Below, in pieces: positions 18,000 to 27,667 of a stretch of 64,000 nt of DNA. Origin of the DNA: a virus; the IMG/VR virus record IMGVR_UViG_3300008952_003529, one strand, 5' to 3'. A program made the position numbers and the translations under genes. Below the pieces are notes generated by a model. That model worked only from the letters and a program-made list of their open reading frames with translations, made no database searches and was not told the origin of the DNA. Every line of letters starts with the position of its first letter. Position 1 is the first letter of the stretch.

Positions 18000-18004
18000 C
18001 TTTA

Positions 18005-18029
18005 GATCTCCATATTTAGTTCGGAGGTC
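18005..18029 (+). promoter_or_regulatory. RBS-masking hairpin with ATATTTA in the loop
   Basis: gatctcc (18005-18011) / ggaggtc (18023-18029); loop atatttagttc; ATG at 18035. Confidence 0.65.
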
Positions 18030-18034
18030 CACCA

Positions 18035-18388
18035 ATGTCTAATGCGAGAACTAAAAAGTACAATAGAAATCGTTATCGAAAGGTCTACCAACCGGTTCGA
18101 GCGTTACCTAATTGGGGCATCCGGTCCGATAAAGAAGTAGTATTAGAGACCCTTCGAGTTCAATTCAACGGCGGTGATGAACGCACATTCGTGTTACTCG
18201 GCAGGTATAAGACACTTCCAGGAATCGTAGTGACCCCTGTCGGTGACCTTGCTGATGTGAATATATTCATTTCAGCGCTTTCTCTCGGTAGTGTTCCATA
18301 CGACGGAGGTAAAGAAGTATCCATTACTCTCAGCGCTAGTACCGCATTTGAGGGTGAAGTAATCGTACAGGCAATGATGATAGCATGA
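18035..18388 (+). CDS. Small beta-rich virion protein (putative)
   Basis: First gene of the fibre operon; similar to the termini of ORF 18385. Confidence 0.6.
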   Translation: MSNARTKKYNRNRYRKVYQPVRALPNWGIRSDKEVVLETLRVQFNGGDERTFVLLGRYKTLPGIVVTPVGDLADVNIFISALSLGSVPYDGGKEVSITLSASTAFEGEVIVQAMMIA

Positions 18389-19611
18389 TATTCAATCAAA
18401 GTGAGCATGAGCTGCAATACGGAATCATTGAGATAAAAGATGGTAAAGATAGCTTTGTCTTAGCTGTATCTGGGTCAAAAGAATTTGAACCTTCAATTAT
18501 TTTGACTCCCTATGGTATTAATGCCAACTTAAATACATTCGTGATGGGTCCTTGTAAGTGGGGGTCGCTTGTATTAGAGCCAGATGATGGACAAAATGTA
18601 TACGATCTAAACCAGACATGGCGAGCCAAATCAAATCTAGCAGAATATGACGCTAAAGCAAATCTCAAGGTATGGTGGAGACTAAATGAAAAACCGCTCA
18701 GCTTGGTGGACTTGGTCATCGCGGATTCTTCTGGAAATGGAGTTAACTCAATAGGCCAAAACCAAAATAACCAAAAGCCGGATAGGTCGTTGTCAACTCC
18801 ATCAACGTACATAGCTACAACAACTTTAGATTTCGAAAATACCGTCGGTGGCGCAGCCCATGGCAACGTAGCTTTTTTCAAGGCGAGTTATTGGAACAGT
18901 CTTGTTGGTGGAGAAGGTCCGACAACAAATGGTGGCACCTCAGGTCCTGGGAATTCGATGTCTATATCTTTTTGGTTTAGACCGTTGGACTGGACCGAGA
19001 ACAATGATGGCCAGATAATCTTTCTTGCTGGTGATAACGTCGGAGCAGGATCATTTCGGGGGGTCGTAATGTCTACTAACGGCAGCTCTTTTAAGGGTAT
19101 TCGTATCGGATGGAATGCTGGATTGCCGAAGGACAACTCATACGCTGGAACAAATTTTGCTGGCTCGTATAACGTTGCATTAAACACCTGGCATCATGCA
19201 GTCATAACAAGATCTGGGGCAGAATGGTCTGGTTCTGATTGGGTTGGTGGTAATCCTTACAAATTTTATCTAGACGGCGTCGAATACACAGATGTCACAT
19301 ATGCAGCAGTTGGAGGAGGTGGAATTAAACCTAATCCGATTGTAGAGGCAGGTTCTCCAAACGCTCGTCTCGGCTACAACAGCGTCCATGGATTCAGTGG
19401 CGATTTATCAGATTTTGCGATCTGGGATACAGAATTAACAGCTACACAAGTCGAGGCGCTATATGGTACGGCAGCGTCTGGTGTCGAAGATGCAGAAACA
19501 ATTAGAGCGAAGGGTGACGTCTGGTGGGCAGTCATAAAGAGATCCACAGATATCGGAGACGTTAACGTTCAATATCAGGCCATTGGGGCCTCTCCATTAA
19601 GGGTGAAGTAA
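18385..19611 (+). CDS. LamG/concanavalin-A-like domain virion protein
   Basis: KVWWRLNE, SISFWF, NTWHHAVIT, FYLDG, FSGDLSDFAIWDTELTATQVEALY. Confidence 0.85.
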   Translation: MIFNQSEHELQYGIIEIKDGKDSFVLAVSGSKEFEPSIILTPYGINANLNTFVMGPCKWGSLVLEPDDGQNVYDLNQTWRAKSNLAEYDAKANLKVWWRLNEKPLSLVDLVIADSSGNGVNSIGQNQNNQKPDRSLSTPSTYIATTTLDFENTVGGAAHGNVAFFKASYWNSLVGGEGPTTNGGTSGPGNSMSISFWFRPLDWTENNDGQIIFLAGDNVGAGSFRGVVMSTNGSSFKGIRIGWNAGLPKDNSYAGTNFAGSYNVALNTWHHAVITRSGAEWSGSDWVGGNPYKFYLDGVEYTDVTYAAVGGGGIKPNPIVEAGSPNARLGYNSVHGFSGDLSDFAIWDTELTATQVEALYGTAASGVEDAETIRAKGDVWWAVIKRSTDIGDVNVQYQAIGASPLRVK

Positions 19612-19612
19612 A

Positions 19613-22600
19613 ATGGCAAAAGATTTTAGAAGTAATCAAATAAGAACAATAAAGCTTATCGGTTCCGGTGGAGTGAATATAACAAAGCCCTATCTGGGAC
19701 TGCTAATTTATAGTTCTTCTGCTGCAACAAATTATGATGGTGGTCATGAAGCAAAAATGCTACAAGACGTCGGCGATGACGTATGGATGTTTGTAAGCGG
19801 TTCTGCAAATACCACTGCATACATTGCAACACAGAAGCCCTCCGGAGGGTCCGTTCTTTTTGGTGGGGATGTCGTCGTAAGCGGAACGTTGTACGCTGAA
19901 AGACAGGTAATAGAAGTCGACTCAAGTGTTGACGGGGATCTTCTGGTTCCCAATTCAATAGCAGGCGGTATTAAGGGGATGTCCACTGCCGGTGGAAACT
20001 ATGCGAAGCTTCTTGTTGATCCTTTTACACAAAATCTTGGAAAAGTTGGACCCCAAGCCCAACAGAAAGATGGCACTGTCTCCTTTAATATAGTAGCAGG
20101 ACCCGGGGAAGGAAATGCATGGAGGTATGATGGCTCTCTAAAAGAAGACGTTTTCTTTCATGTTTCTGGAAGTCGAGGTGTAAGAGACACAAGACAAAGA
20201 GGCTTGGCTCTTTTTGATGGCGATCTCCATACGTCTGGTAACCTCAGTATGTCACCGGACTCAGTATGGACCACAGACATTATATTAGACAATTCTACTA
20301 ACGACCCGCCAATATTTGCTCAACAAAATGGGTTCGGAAAACGCTGGACAGAAATTGCTGTCCAGCAGAAAGGTTTTGGTCAGTTTGATGTTGAGATAGC
20401 GAACTCTGGATCTGACGTTGATAGTAATTTAAAGTTCAAGACTAGAGCGGGTCATTCCGGGGAATACTCTATGGTATTTTCTGGATCAGGTGATCTAGGG
20501 CTGGATAGACCCTCTATGGGTCCTCGAAATCTTATATTGGACGGCGCGCGCCAAACACGTATTTCCTCAGAGTGGGATAGTGTTACTGATGGTATGCAGC
20601 TAACACTTGAAGGAGCAGCAGATGGTAATGCCTCCATAATCTTTAATAAGTCAAATATAACAGGTTCAGGTGGGTATTATCTAAAAGCGGGGAGCATTGC
20701 CGCCGGGATGGGGGGCCAGGCTCTTGGTTTCCAATTTACTGGTGGTGGCTCTGCTGGGACGACCACTGCGGGACTTTATTATAATAGGAGCGGGTTCGGG
20801 CTACAAAAGCACCCTATTCTTCAAGGCCCAAATGATGCGCTGGTTATGACGTCAGCAAATGCTGGTGAGAAAATGCACATCGGTGCTGCAAAGGTGGAGG
20901 TCTGGGGACTGGAGAATGGGATTGAAATCAATGCATCCCACCCAACCTGGATAGACCAGGTCGGCGGTCCGATTTTGATGAGGGCAACCGGTTCCCATGC
21001 CGACGGTGGTGGAGTTGATATATGGGGTGATGTTCGTATGCGAGACAGTTTAGAGATTGATGGCAATCTTACTGTCTGGGGCGATAAGATCATTGGTCAC
21101 GTAATATCAGCATCAATATCTGATCCACTGTTGCTACTAAACTCTGGTGCGGTATCCTCTGGTACACCAGGTCCTGGTGGCGGTATGAATCCATCAGGTG
21201 GCGGTATCGCCATCGCATCAGGATCTACGTACATCGATCAAGCGATGGTTTTTGGTAGATATGTCCATAATAGCATAAAGAACACTTTCTTTGCTGGAAG
21301 GATGGACGTTAAAAATGGCGATGAATTACGATTTGATGGCGCTGAACCTATCCGAATGCTCGCGGCGGGGTATCGCTTTACTGGTGAAAGTACACCCCAG
21401 GCAGAAACGAACTTTTTGTTAACTGGCTCTGGCGGGGTGACAATACTTTCTGGTAGTCGCTTCGCGCTTGAGTCTGGTAAACCATGGTTCTTTAGTGATA
21501 TAGGCACGAAAACAGGCGCAGCTCCTCCAGGCTCTTACTACATGGTCTATGATAATACAGACCCAAGCCCGGGAGTTCCTGATCTGCAACTGCATATTGG
21601 AACAGGTAGCTTTACGATAAACGCTGATCCCAGCACAGCTTCGCAATTATTTCTCGGGGCATCCAAACATACTTTATGGGAAGATGACCCGACTGGTTTT
21701 GGCGAGACAAAGTTTCTTACAGACAAACAGCTAATTGTTTCTTCATCTGATGGCTTGGTACTTTCGACGTCTAATAATGATCTCGTAGTGTCAGCTTCCG
21801 CACCTATCGGTCCCAATCCCGCCATAAGGGTGCGAGGCGGAAACGTCTTTGTTAACACAACAAATAATAATGGCAAGATCGAGATTACATCGAATAAGCA
21901 ACTTAAGTTATCTTCTTCAAACATAGACGGAAAAGTTCTCGTTACAGCAGGGGAAACCGCTGGATATGACGGTGGACAACTAGACTCAGCGCAGCTTTAT
22001 CTTTCAGGAGGTATTGTTGATCCCCTGGGATATAACGGCAGAATAGGTGCTGCGTTTGTAAACACTCCCATACTAGAATCAAAGTCCATTATAGAAACTT
22101 ATCCCGATATTAACTTCTTTGTTTCCGGTTCAATAGACAGTCGTCAGTCGACCCACCGCGGGGTAGGTGTATTCGGCGGGGACTTGGTCGTATCAGGTAC
22201 TGCAAAGGTGGGCGCGCTAGCGATCGATAACCTCGTCTTAGAAGGTGCCGCTGTTGGTCAGCCATTCATTAGATTCGGGTTAACAACCGATTCTCCAAAG
22301 GTGTATCATAACGCTGGGAACCTTACATTTTTTGATGACTATATTACGACCCCTGGATACACACTAACACAAATAGCTGCAAGAGGTGTTGAGTTAAACA
22401 ACAACATTTGGAAAAACACATATGCTGGTGGCGGCGGGGATTTTGGTAGCTATCTTGCTACAAGTGGTGCTGTATCGTTTGATTTTGACCAAAATTGGGC
22501 AGGTACACCAGATCCGTATGTTCCAAAGCGCACAAATAGCCCGGGATTCGGTGGTTCAGACGTATTCTTTATTATTAGTGGTTCGAAGGGTGGTAAAAGT

Positions 22601-23416
22601 GCTGAGCACGAAAGAAGCACGTCAGTCTTTCGTGGTGATCTTCTCACATCAGGAGCCATGTATTGGGCAAGAATATCAACAGCGATGGCCGCAGCGCAAG
22701 TGGTCGGACCCGATGCAGTCTCAGTTTACGCCAAAGATGTAAGTGGAGAGACAAGACTATTTTACAGAAATGAAGTTAACGAATTACCGTTAGGCGCAGG
22801 CGGTAGCCTGGACGATGCTTATGATACCCCAACTGGTGGCGGCTTAAAATCGACTGCCGCGGGAGCCGTTGTTGAAGTGGACGGCCGTCCGGTTCAATTA
22901 GAGGGAACAATCTCAAGTGGATCACCGGTTGTGTTAGTGACATCAGGGTCGGTGGCTCTTATTTCATCTGATAACAGCACTCCACCCAGCATAATTTGCG
23001 ATACAGATGATAAAGCGGGTGGTGTCGATTTAGAATTCAAAATAAACAAGACCGGACCGCTAATGACAAAAGTATTTTCGTTGTCAGGCGGATCCGCTAA
23101 TCTAGTTATGAACAACAATGCGTTATTAGCGTGGAATCAATCAGAGACTGAGGCGATTCTAAAATATAAAAATGATCCAGCTGCCAGCATATCTCACGGA
23201 ATAGGAACCAAACACTTCTTACCTGACGCTGACAATACCTATAATCTTGGAACACCAAACTTTCGTTGGGCAAACCTATATACCGGTGACCTCCACTTAA
23301 AGAATGAGCGTGGTAACTGGACCATACTTGAGGAAAGAGACTATCTATGTGTAATAAACAATATTACAGGGAAGAAATACAAGATGGCACTCGAGCCGTT
23401 GGAGGATGACGAATAA
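19613..23416 (+). CDS. Long tail fibre / appendage protein (1267 aa)
   Basis: G/S/T-rich, internal D.xFxVSGS...FxGDxxxSG repeats; C-terminal NTYNLG...WANLYTGDLHL...NNITGKKYK motif of the kind seen in phage fibres. Confidence 0.75.
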   Translation: MAKDFRSNQIRTIKLIGSGGVNITKPYLGLLIYSSSAATNYDGGHEAKMLQDVGDDVWMFVSGSANTTAYIATQKPSGGSVLFGGDVVVSGTLYAERQVIEVDSSVDGDLLVPNSIAGGIKGMSTAGGNYAKLLVDPFTQNLGKVGPQAQQKDGTVSFNIVAGPGEGNAWRYDGSLKEDVFFHVSGSRGVRDTRQRGLALFDGDLHTSGNLSMSPDSVWTTDIILDNSTNDPPIFAQQNGFGKRWTEIAVQQKGFGQFDVEIANSGSDVDSNLKFKTRAGHSGEYSMVFSGSGDLGLDRPSMGPRNLILDGARQTRISSEWDSVTDGMQLTLEGAADGNASIIFNKSNITGSGGYYLKAGSIAAGMGGQALGFQFTGGGSAGTTTAGLYYNRSGFGLQKHPILQGPNDALVMTSANAGEKMHIGAAKVEVWGLENGIEINASHPTWIDQVGGPILMRATGSHADGGGVDIWGDVRMRDSLEIDGNLTVWGDKIIGHVISASISDPLLLLNSGAVSSGTPGPGGGMNPSGGGIAIASGSTYIDQAMVFGRYVHNSIKNTFFAGRMDVKNGDELRFDGAEPIRMLAAGYRFTGESTPQAETNFLLTGSGGVTILSGSRFALESGKPWFFSDIGTKTGAAPPGSYYMVYDNTDPSPGVPDLQLHIGTGSFTINADPSTASQLFLGASKHTLWEDDPTGFGETKFLTDKQLIVSSSDGLVLSTSNNDLVVSASAPIGPNPAIRVRGGNVFVNTTNNNGKIEITSNKQLKLSSSNIDGKVLVTAGETAGYDGGQLDSAQLYLSGGIVDPLGYNGRIGAAFVNTPILESKSIIETYPDINFFVSGSIDSRQSTHRGVGVFGGDLVVSGTAKVGALAIDNLVLEGAAVGQPFIRFGLTTDSPKVYHNAGNLTFFDDYITTPGYTLTQIAARGVELNNNIWKNTYAGGGGDFGSYLATSGAVSFDFDQNWAGTPDPYVPKRTNSPGFGGSDVFFIISGSKGGKSAEHERSTSVFRGDLLTSGAMYWARISTAMAAAQVVGPDAVSVYAKDVSGETRLFYRNEVNELPLGAGGSLDDAYDTPTGGGLKSTAAGAVVEVDGRPVQLEGTISSGSPVVLVTSGSVALISSDNSTPPSIICDTDDKAGGVDLEFKINKTGPLMTKVFSLSGGSANLVMNNNALLAWNQSETEAILKYKNDPAASISHGIGTKHFLPDADNTYNLGTPNFRWANLYTGDLHLKNERGNWTILEERDYLCVINNITGKKYKMALEPLEDDE
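19778..22660 (+). repeat. Four dispersed ~33-aa protein repeats in the fibre
   Basis: DVWMFVSGS..VLFGGDVVVSG (19778), DVFFHVSGS..ALFDGDLHTSG (20147), DINFFVSGS..GVFGGDLVVSG (22106), DVFFIISGS..SVFRGDLLTSG (22559). Confidence 0.75.
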
Positions 23417-26400
23417 TGGCGATTTATACTACGTACGTATCTAGCTCTGGTGCTGGTGCACATACTGACATCGGCGGATCTATAACTGGATCACTCTTTA
23501 TCCAAGGAGAAGCTAACTCTCCTCACACTGGAAAATTAGTCGTTAATACAATCTCTGGTTCAATGACCGACATGTTCCCAGGACTAGTTATATCAGGTTC
23601 TACAGGAGTCCCAGGTGATCTAGGCAGGATAATAATGTCTGGGACTGTTGAATTTGAGCACAAACTAGAAATTAAAGATGCGATTACATCAAATTCTTCA
23701 CTGCATATGTCTTCAAGTAATGGGCTCTTTGATGTCTCTGCTCATCCATCCCCAGTCTCTGAAGGTGTAAAGTTTAGACTCAGCAACTCTTCCAATGTTA
23801 TAAACAACAATTACATCTTAGGTCAAATTCAATTTGCAGCAACGAAAGACACTGACGGACCCCGAGGTGTTGCTGCTTCGATTTTAGCTCGAGCTCCAGA
23901 AGGATATGATGGATCCATGCATTCGACCGGAGTGCCAGCAGACCTTGAATTTTATGCTGATGATCTCGCAACACCAAAGCTCTTTGTATCTTCTAGTGGA
24001 CGAGTAGGAATTGGGACTGCTGCACCGGCAACGAAATTACACGTTGACGGTGTTACAAGATCGGTAACATCTGTTCAGACACCGTTAATAGAATATACAG
24101 ACGGGGATGATGCTATCGAAATTTCTGATGGTGGATTTCTTACATTTCCAAAAGGAATATTAGAGTCACCATCTGTGTACGTAGGACAAGCGACCTCTGC
24201 TAATAAATGGTTTAAGATAGCCAGTTTAAAATACTCGATGATCTCGAACCAAGTATCACAAGCATCATTTATGGTTCAACCTACTCCGATTAACAGCTCT
24301 ACCGGCGCCAATCGAGGTGCTGGTATGTATATTATAACCGTTCGAATCACCACAGAGACAGGTCCAGTTGTGCAGACACAGGGCAATGCCACATTTGTAA
24401 CTGTTGAATATTCTGGCCCATCTACGGATGGCCAACGCCCAAGTTGGCATGCTAAAAATAACGTGGTCCTGAATTATGAAAGCGACGGTGCTGCTGCTGA
24501 TCTGTGGTTTCGGGTTCCTAATGCTAGCGGATTCTATGGTAATTTATACGTAACTCCTGTTGTTGGTACCAGTGAGGCATCACCGGTCGCGTATAAGGGA
24601 CCTCCATGGGTGATTAACGCGCCTGTTGCCCCTACTACGCTACCCGCCACAAATGAATTCGAGTATGGCCAGTATGCATCTAAGATATTCGGTGTCGTAA
24701 CAGGTAGCCAGTTTGTTGTATCGGGTGGTAATCCAGGACATGAGGTGCACATTAACGTCGACGGCCATGGAGCACTTTCTCTTACTGGGTCTTATTCGAC
24801 AACGCTTGGCTTTGCCCACCCGTTTAGCAATACCGAGGATACCTCTTTTATAGACAAATTAATAGGTGGCGGAGCTGGTGTCGAAGGAAGTGGCGGTCTT
24901 GCCATTACAGGTTCTTATGGTACTAATTCACAAGTCTTCTTCCACGGCGATCAGAATTCTAGGGTATTCATATCTGCGAATACTGGGGACCCATCTCTTA
25001 CATTTACCACACCTGTTGCAGACGGCACCCAGCAAGAAAGATGGGCATTTGCTCTAGATGAAAGCAGAGATAATAGACTTGGCTTTAACCCTGGTAGTCC
25101 AGCTCCAGGTACTGATGACTTTCTTTCACTAAAATCTGACGGTCCTAATATTCTAATGCGCTATTCTAGAAATGCTTTAGCAGATGTAGGAGATCCCGCA
25201 AATTATTTTATGCATGTTGTTAATAATGATGACACCCTGGGGCAAGGCGCAGGTATTGCATTTACCAGTGATGCCCCCTCCTCAGCTGGAATCGATGATC
25301 CAAATGTTGGCGGAAGTATTATTTTAAAGAATGCTGGAGCTGAATCGAAGGGAACTCTACAATTCTATACAAAACAATCGACAGTAGAGGGAGACACTCC
25401 AACCCTAGCAATGGAAATCGCTGGTGGTCAACTCAATCTACAATACGGAATGCAATTTGACGGTGGTACGCTTAAAGATTCTGGAACGAATGACATCATA
25501 ACGTTTGATGGTTCTGGCAATATTGAAACGATCGCTCCAGTTTTAGATCAGCTCACCGTCATAGGGACAGATAATACAGCCGAGCCTGTTATAACCCTTG
25601 TTAGCACAAATACAACAAACCATAAAGCTGGCCAGCTTCAACTGGATCACTACCACGGTAGCGCTGGGGAAGACGGTGTAAATCTTGGGGAAATAAAATT
25701 TAGGGGTTCAAACGATGGATCCACGTGGGGTGTCGGTGCTTCTATTCAGGGTGTCGGTGATGGTGATTGGTCGACAGATGATTATCCAGGCAGGCTTGAA
25801 TTTTATACTACTAGAGAGGAAGCGGGCGCTGGTACTCTAGCACTCACAATCCACAAGGACCAACAAGCTGATTTCACAGGGAATGTAACAGTTGGGGGCG
25901 GATACGGAAGCACTGGTACAACAATTTCGACTGCTGGTGTTCTTGAAACTGATAGTTCAATCACTTGCGGTAACGTTTTATATGTCATAGGGGACTCTAT
26001 AGCGGATTCTTCTTTGACAAGTGCAATCACCTTTGATGGAGCCGCGAATACGACGGTTGCAGGTGACCTAACAGTGGATGGAGATGATATCAAGGACAGT
26101 GGCGGAAATACCATACTTTCCTCTGATGGTAACGGTTACATCGACGATCGTCCAACATTCAGAAATAGTAGCATGGCCTATCCGACCACTGGTATCGATA
26201 CCAGCGCTCCGGACACAAATGATTTTCTTAATATTTCTGGTTACCATTACTACACAACCACCGTATTGGGTTTAGCGTCCATTCAAGGAGGCGGCCAATA
26301 TAGGGGGTGGCTTGGCGATGCAGCGGAAAACGGCACCGGGTCAGGGGCGCTAAATACAACTGATTGGACCTTTACGAATGGAACTGGTGCCTCCGAACTG

Positions 26401-27480
26401 CGGTATGACTACCTCGAAGACTACACTTATTTTGGTGGATCCAAAGCTAACTTTGGTAAGTTGTACATTCTACGTGACACTGGAACCCCTATTTGGCAAA
26501 CCGCTAATACATTTGGTGCTGGCACATGGTACGTTAGATATCGGGGAATGAAAGCCAACACCTCCTGGGAAGAAGCGGATGAGATCCGCTGGCAAGTTCG
26601 AACCGATGGAGGCTCCTGGACTACTGTTCATACTGTCTATTTAGACGCTTCTGCAACGACCAGCGCAGGTAATTTACCAATATATGATGATGCGACCAAG
26701 GCCTACGGTTGCTCGGTCGATTCTTTTACTTTCACAGTCGGCGGAACTTCGTCTGAATTGCGTGGTTATAGATATTCTGGAAATACGAACGAGTGGGTGG
26801 CCATCTGGGAATTCCAGCAAGTAATGGCAAATGATGGATCGAGGTATCCATGTCTAGACATCATGTCTCCTGTTGGTGGACCGGATCACAGCACGCAGTA
26901 TTTGATGCGGTTTTTTACCAATGACGCAACGACGAGCACTCACTATCCTGACGGTACTATTACGTTGAACGATGGAACTGTTAGCTATAATCAATTTACT
27001 GGCCAGCATGGTGGAAAAGTTACCGTTGAAAATATGAAATACTCAAAGGGATCGATCGTTAGAATTACTGGAATTGATAAAACAAAAAATGAGCCTGTTT
27101 ACGAGATTGAAGAAACAACATCTGCGCAAGATAAAGCTGTTATAGGTGTATACAATAGCTTTGAGGGTGTCGGTGGGGTATCAAACTGCGGTATTGCCGC
27201 TGTAGGGAATGGCTATATACTTGTTTGTGATGAAGGTGGTGACATCGAGGTTGGAGACTATATTTGCTCGTCTAATATAAAGGGACATGGTATGAAGCAA
27301 GAAAGTGATCAAATGATGAATTACACGGTAGCAAAAGCAGCAGAACCTGTGGATTGGTCAACAATAACGTCTTCACGATGGGTAATTACAGGTACAGATG
27401 AAGAGGGAGAGCAGATTGGTGAGCATCAACAATTTCCAGCAACACAAACAAGGATCAATTGTACATTCCACTGTGGATAG
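23416..27480 (+). CDS. Long tail fibre with a probable C-terminal intramolecular chaperone / autocleavage domain
   Basis: GRVGIGTAAPATKLHV fibre motif; C-terminal FTGQH...GDIEVGDYICSS...GMKQ...NYTVAKA...CTFHCG. Confidence 0.75.
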   Translation: MAIYTTYVSSSGAGAHTDIGGSITGSLFIQGEANSPHTGKLVVNTISGSMTDMFPGLVISGSTGVPGDLGRIIMSGTVEFEHKLEIKDAITSNSSLHMSSSNGLFDVSAHPSPVSEGVKFRLSNSSNVINNNYILGQIQFAATKDTDGPRGVAASILARAPEGYDGSMHSTGVPADLEFYADDLATPKLFVSSSGRVGIGTAAPATKLHVDGVTRSVTSVQTPLIEYTDGDDAIEISDGGFLTFPKGILESPSVYVGQATSANKWFKIASLKYSMISNQVSQASFMVQPTPINSSTGANRGAGMYIITVRITTETGPVVQTQGNATFVTVEYSGPSTDGQRPSWHAKNNVVLNYESDGAAADLWFRVPNASGFYGNLYVTPVVGTSEASPVAYKGPPWVINAPVAPTTLPATNEFEYGQYASKIFGVVTGSQFVVSGGNPGHEVHINVDGHGALSLTGSYSTTLGFAHPFSNTEDTSFIDKLIGGGAGVEGSGGLAITGSYGTNSQVFFHGDQNSRVFISANTGDPSLTFTTPVADGTQQERWAFALDESRDNRLGFNPGSPAPGTDDFLSLKSDGPNILMRYSRNALADVGDPANYFMHVVNNDDTLGQGAGIAFTSDAPSSAGIDDPNVGGSIILKNAGAESKGTLQFYTKQSTVEGDTPTLAMEIAGGQLNLQYGMQFDGGTLKDSGTNDIITFDGSGNIETIAPVLDQLTVIGTDNTAEPVITLVSTNTTNHKAGQLQLDHYHGSAGEDGVNLGEIKFRGSNDGSTWGVGASIQGVGDGDWSTDDYPGRLEFYTTREEAGAGTLALTIHKDQQADFTGNVTVGGGYGSTGTTISTAGVLETDSSITCGNVLYVIGDSIADSSLTSAITFDGAANTTVAGDLTVDGDDIKDSGGNTILSSDGNGYIDDRPTFRNSSMAYPTTGIDTSAPDTNDFLNISGYHYYTTTVLGLASIQGGGQYRGWLGDAAENGTGSGALNTTDWTFTNGTGASELRYDYLEDYTYFGGSKANFGKLYILRDTGTPIWQTANTFGAGTWYVRYRGMKANTSWEEADEIRWQVRTDGGSWTTVHTVYLDASATTSAGNLPIYDDATKAYGCSVDSFTFTVGGTSSELRGYRYSGNTNEWVAIWEFQQVMANDGSRYPCLDIMSPVGGPDHSTQYLMRFFTNDATTSTHYPDGTITLNDGTVSYNQFTGQHGGKVTVENMKYSKGSIVRITGIDKTKNEPVYEIEETTSAQDKAVIGVYNSFEGVGGVSNCGIAAVGNGYILVCDEGGDIEVGDYICSSNIKGHGMKQESDQMMNYTVAKAAEPVDWSTITSSRWVITGTDEEGEQIGEHQQFPATQTRINCTFHCG

Positions 27481-27625
27481 TGGTATAATAACTTAAATTA
27501 ATTAATTATTAAATTAATAAACAGGTTTTATCAGTATTTGGTTAACTGGGAAACTGAATTCAGAATTAATATACAACCTCTGTAAAATTTGTACACGCAA
27601 AAAACTGAACTTTCTTTTTCATATA

Positions 27626-27666
27626 CAGCTGCTCACTAGAGGTTATTATTCCTTGTGAGGTAGCTG
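27626..27666 (+). promoter_or_regulatory. RBS-masking hairpin before the glycan operon
   Basis: cagctgctcac (27626-27636) pairs with gtgaggtagctg (27655-27666): 11 bp with one G-U and one bulge, plus inner agg/cct; ATG at 27668. Confidence 0.6.
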
Positions 27667-27667
27667 A

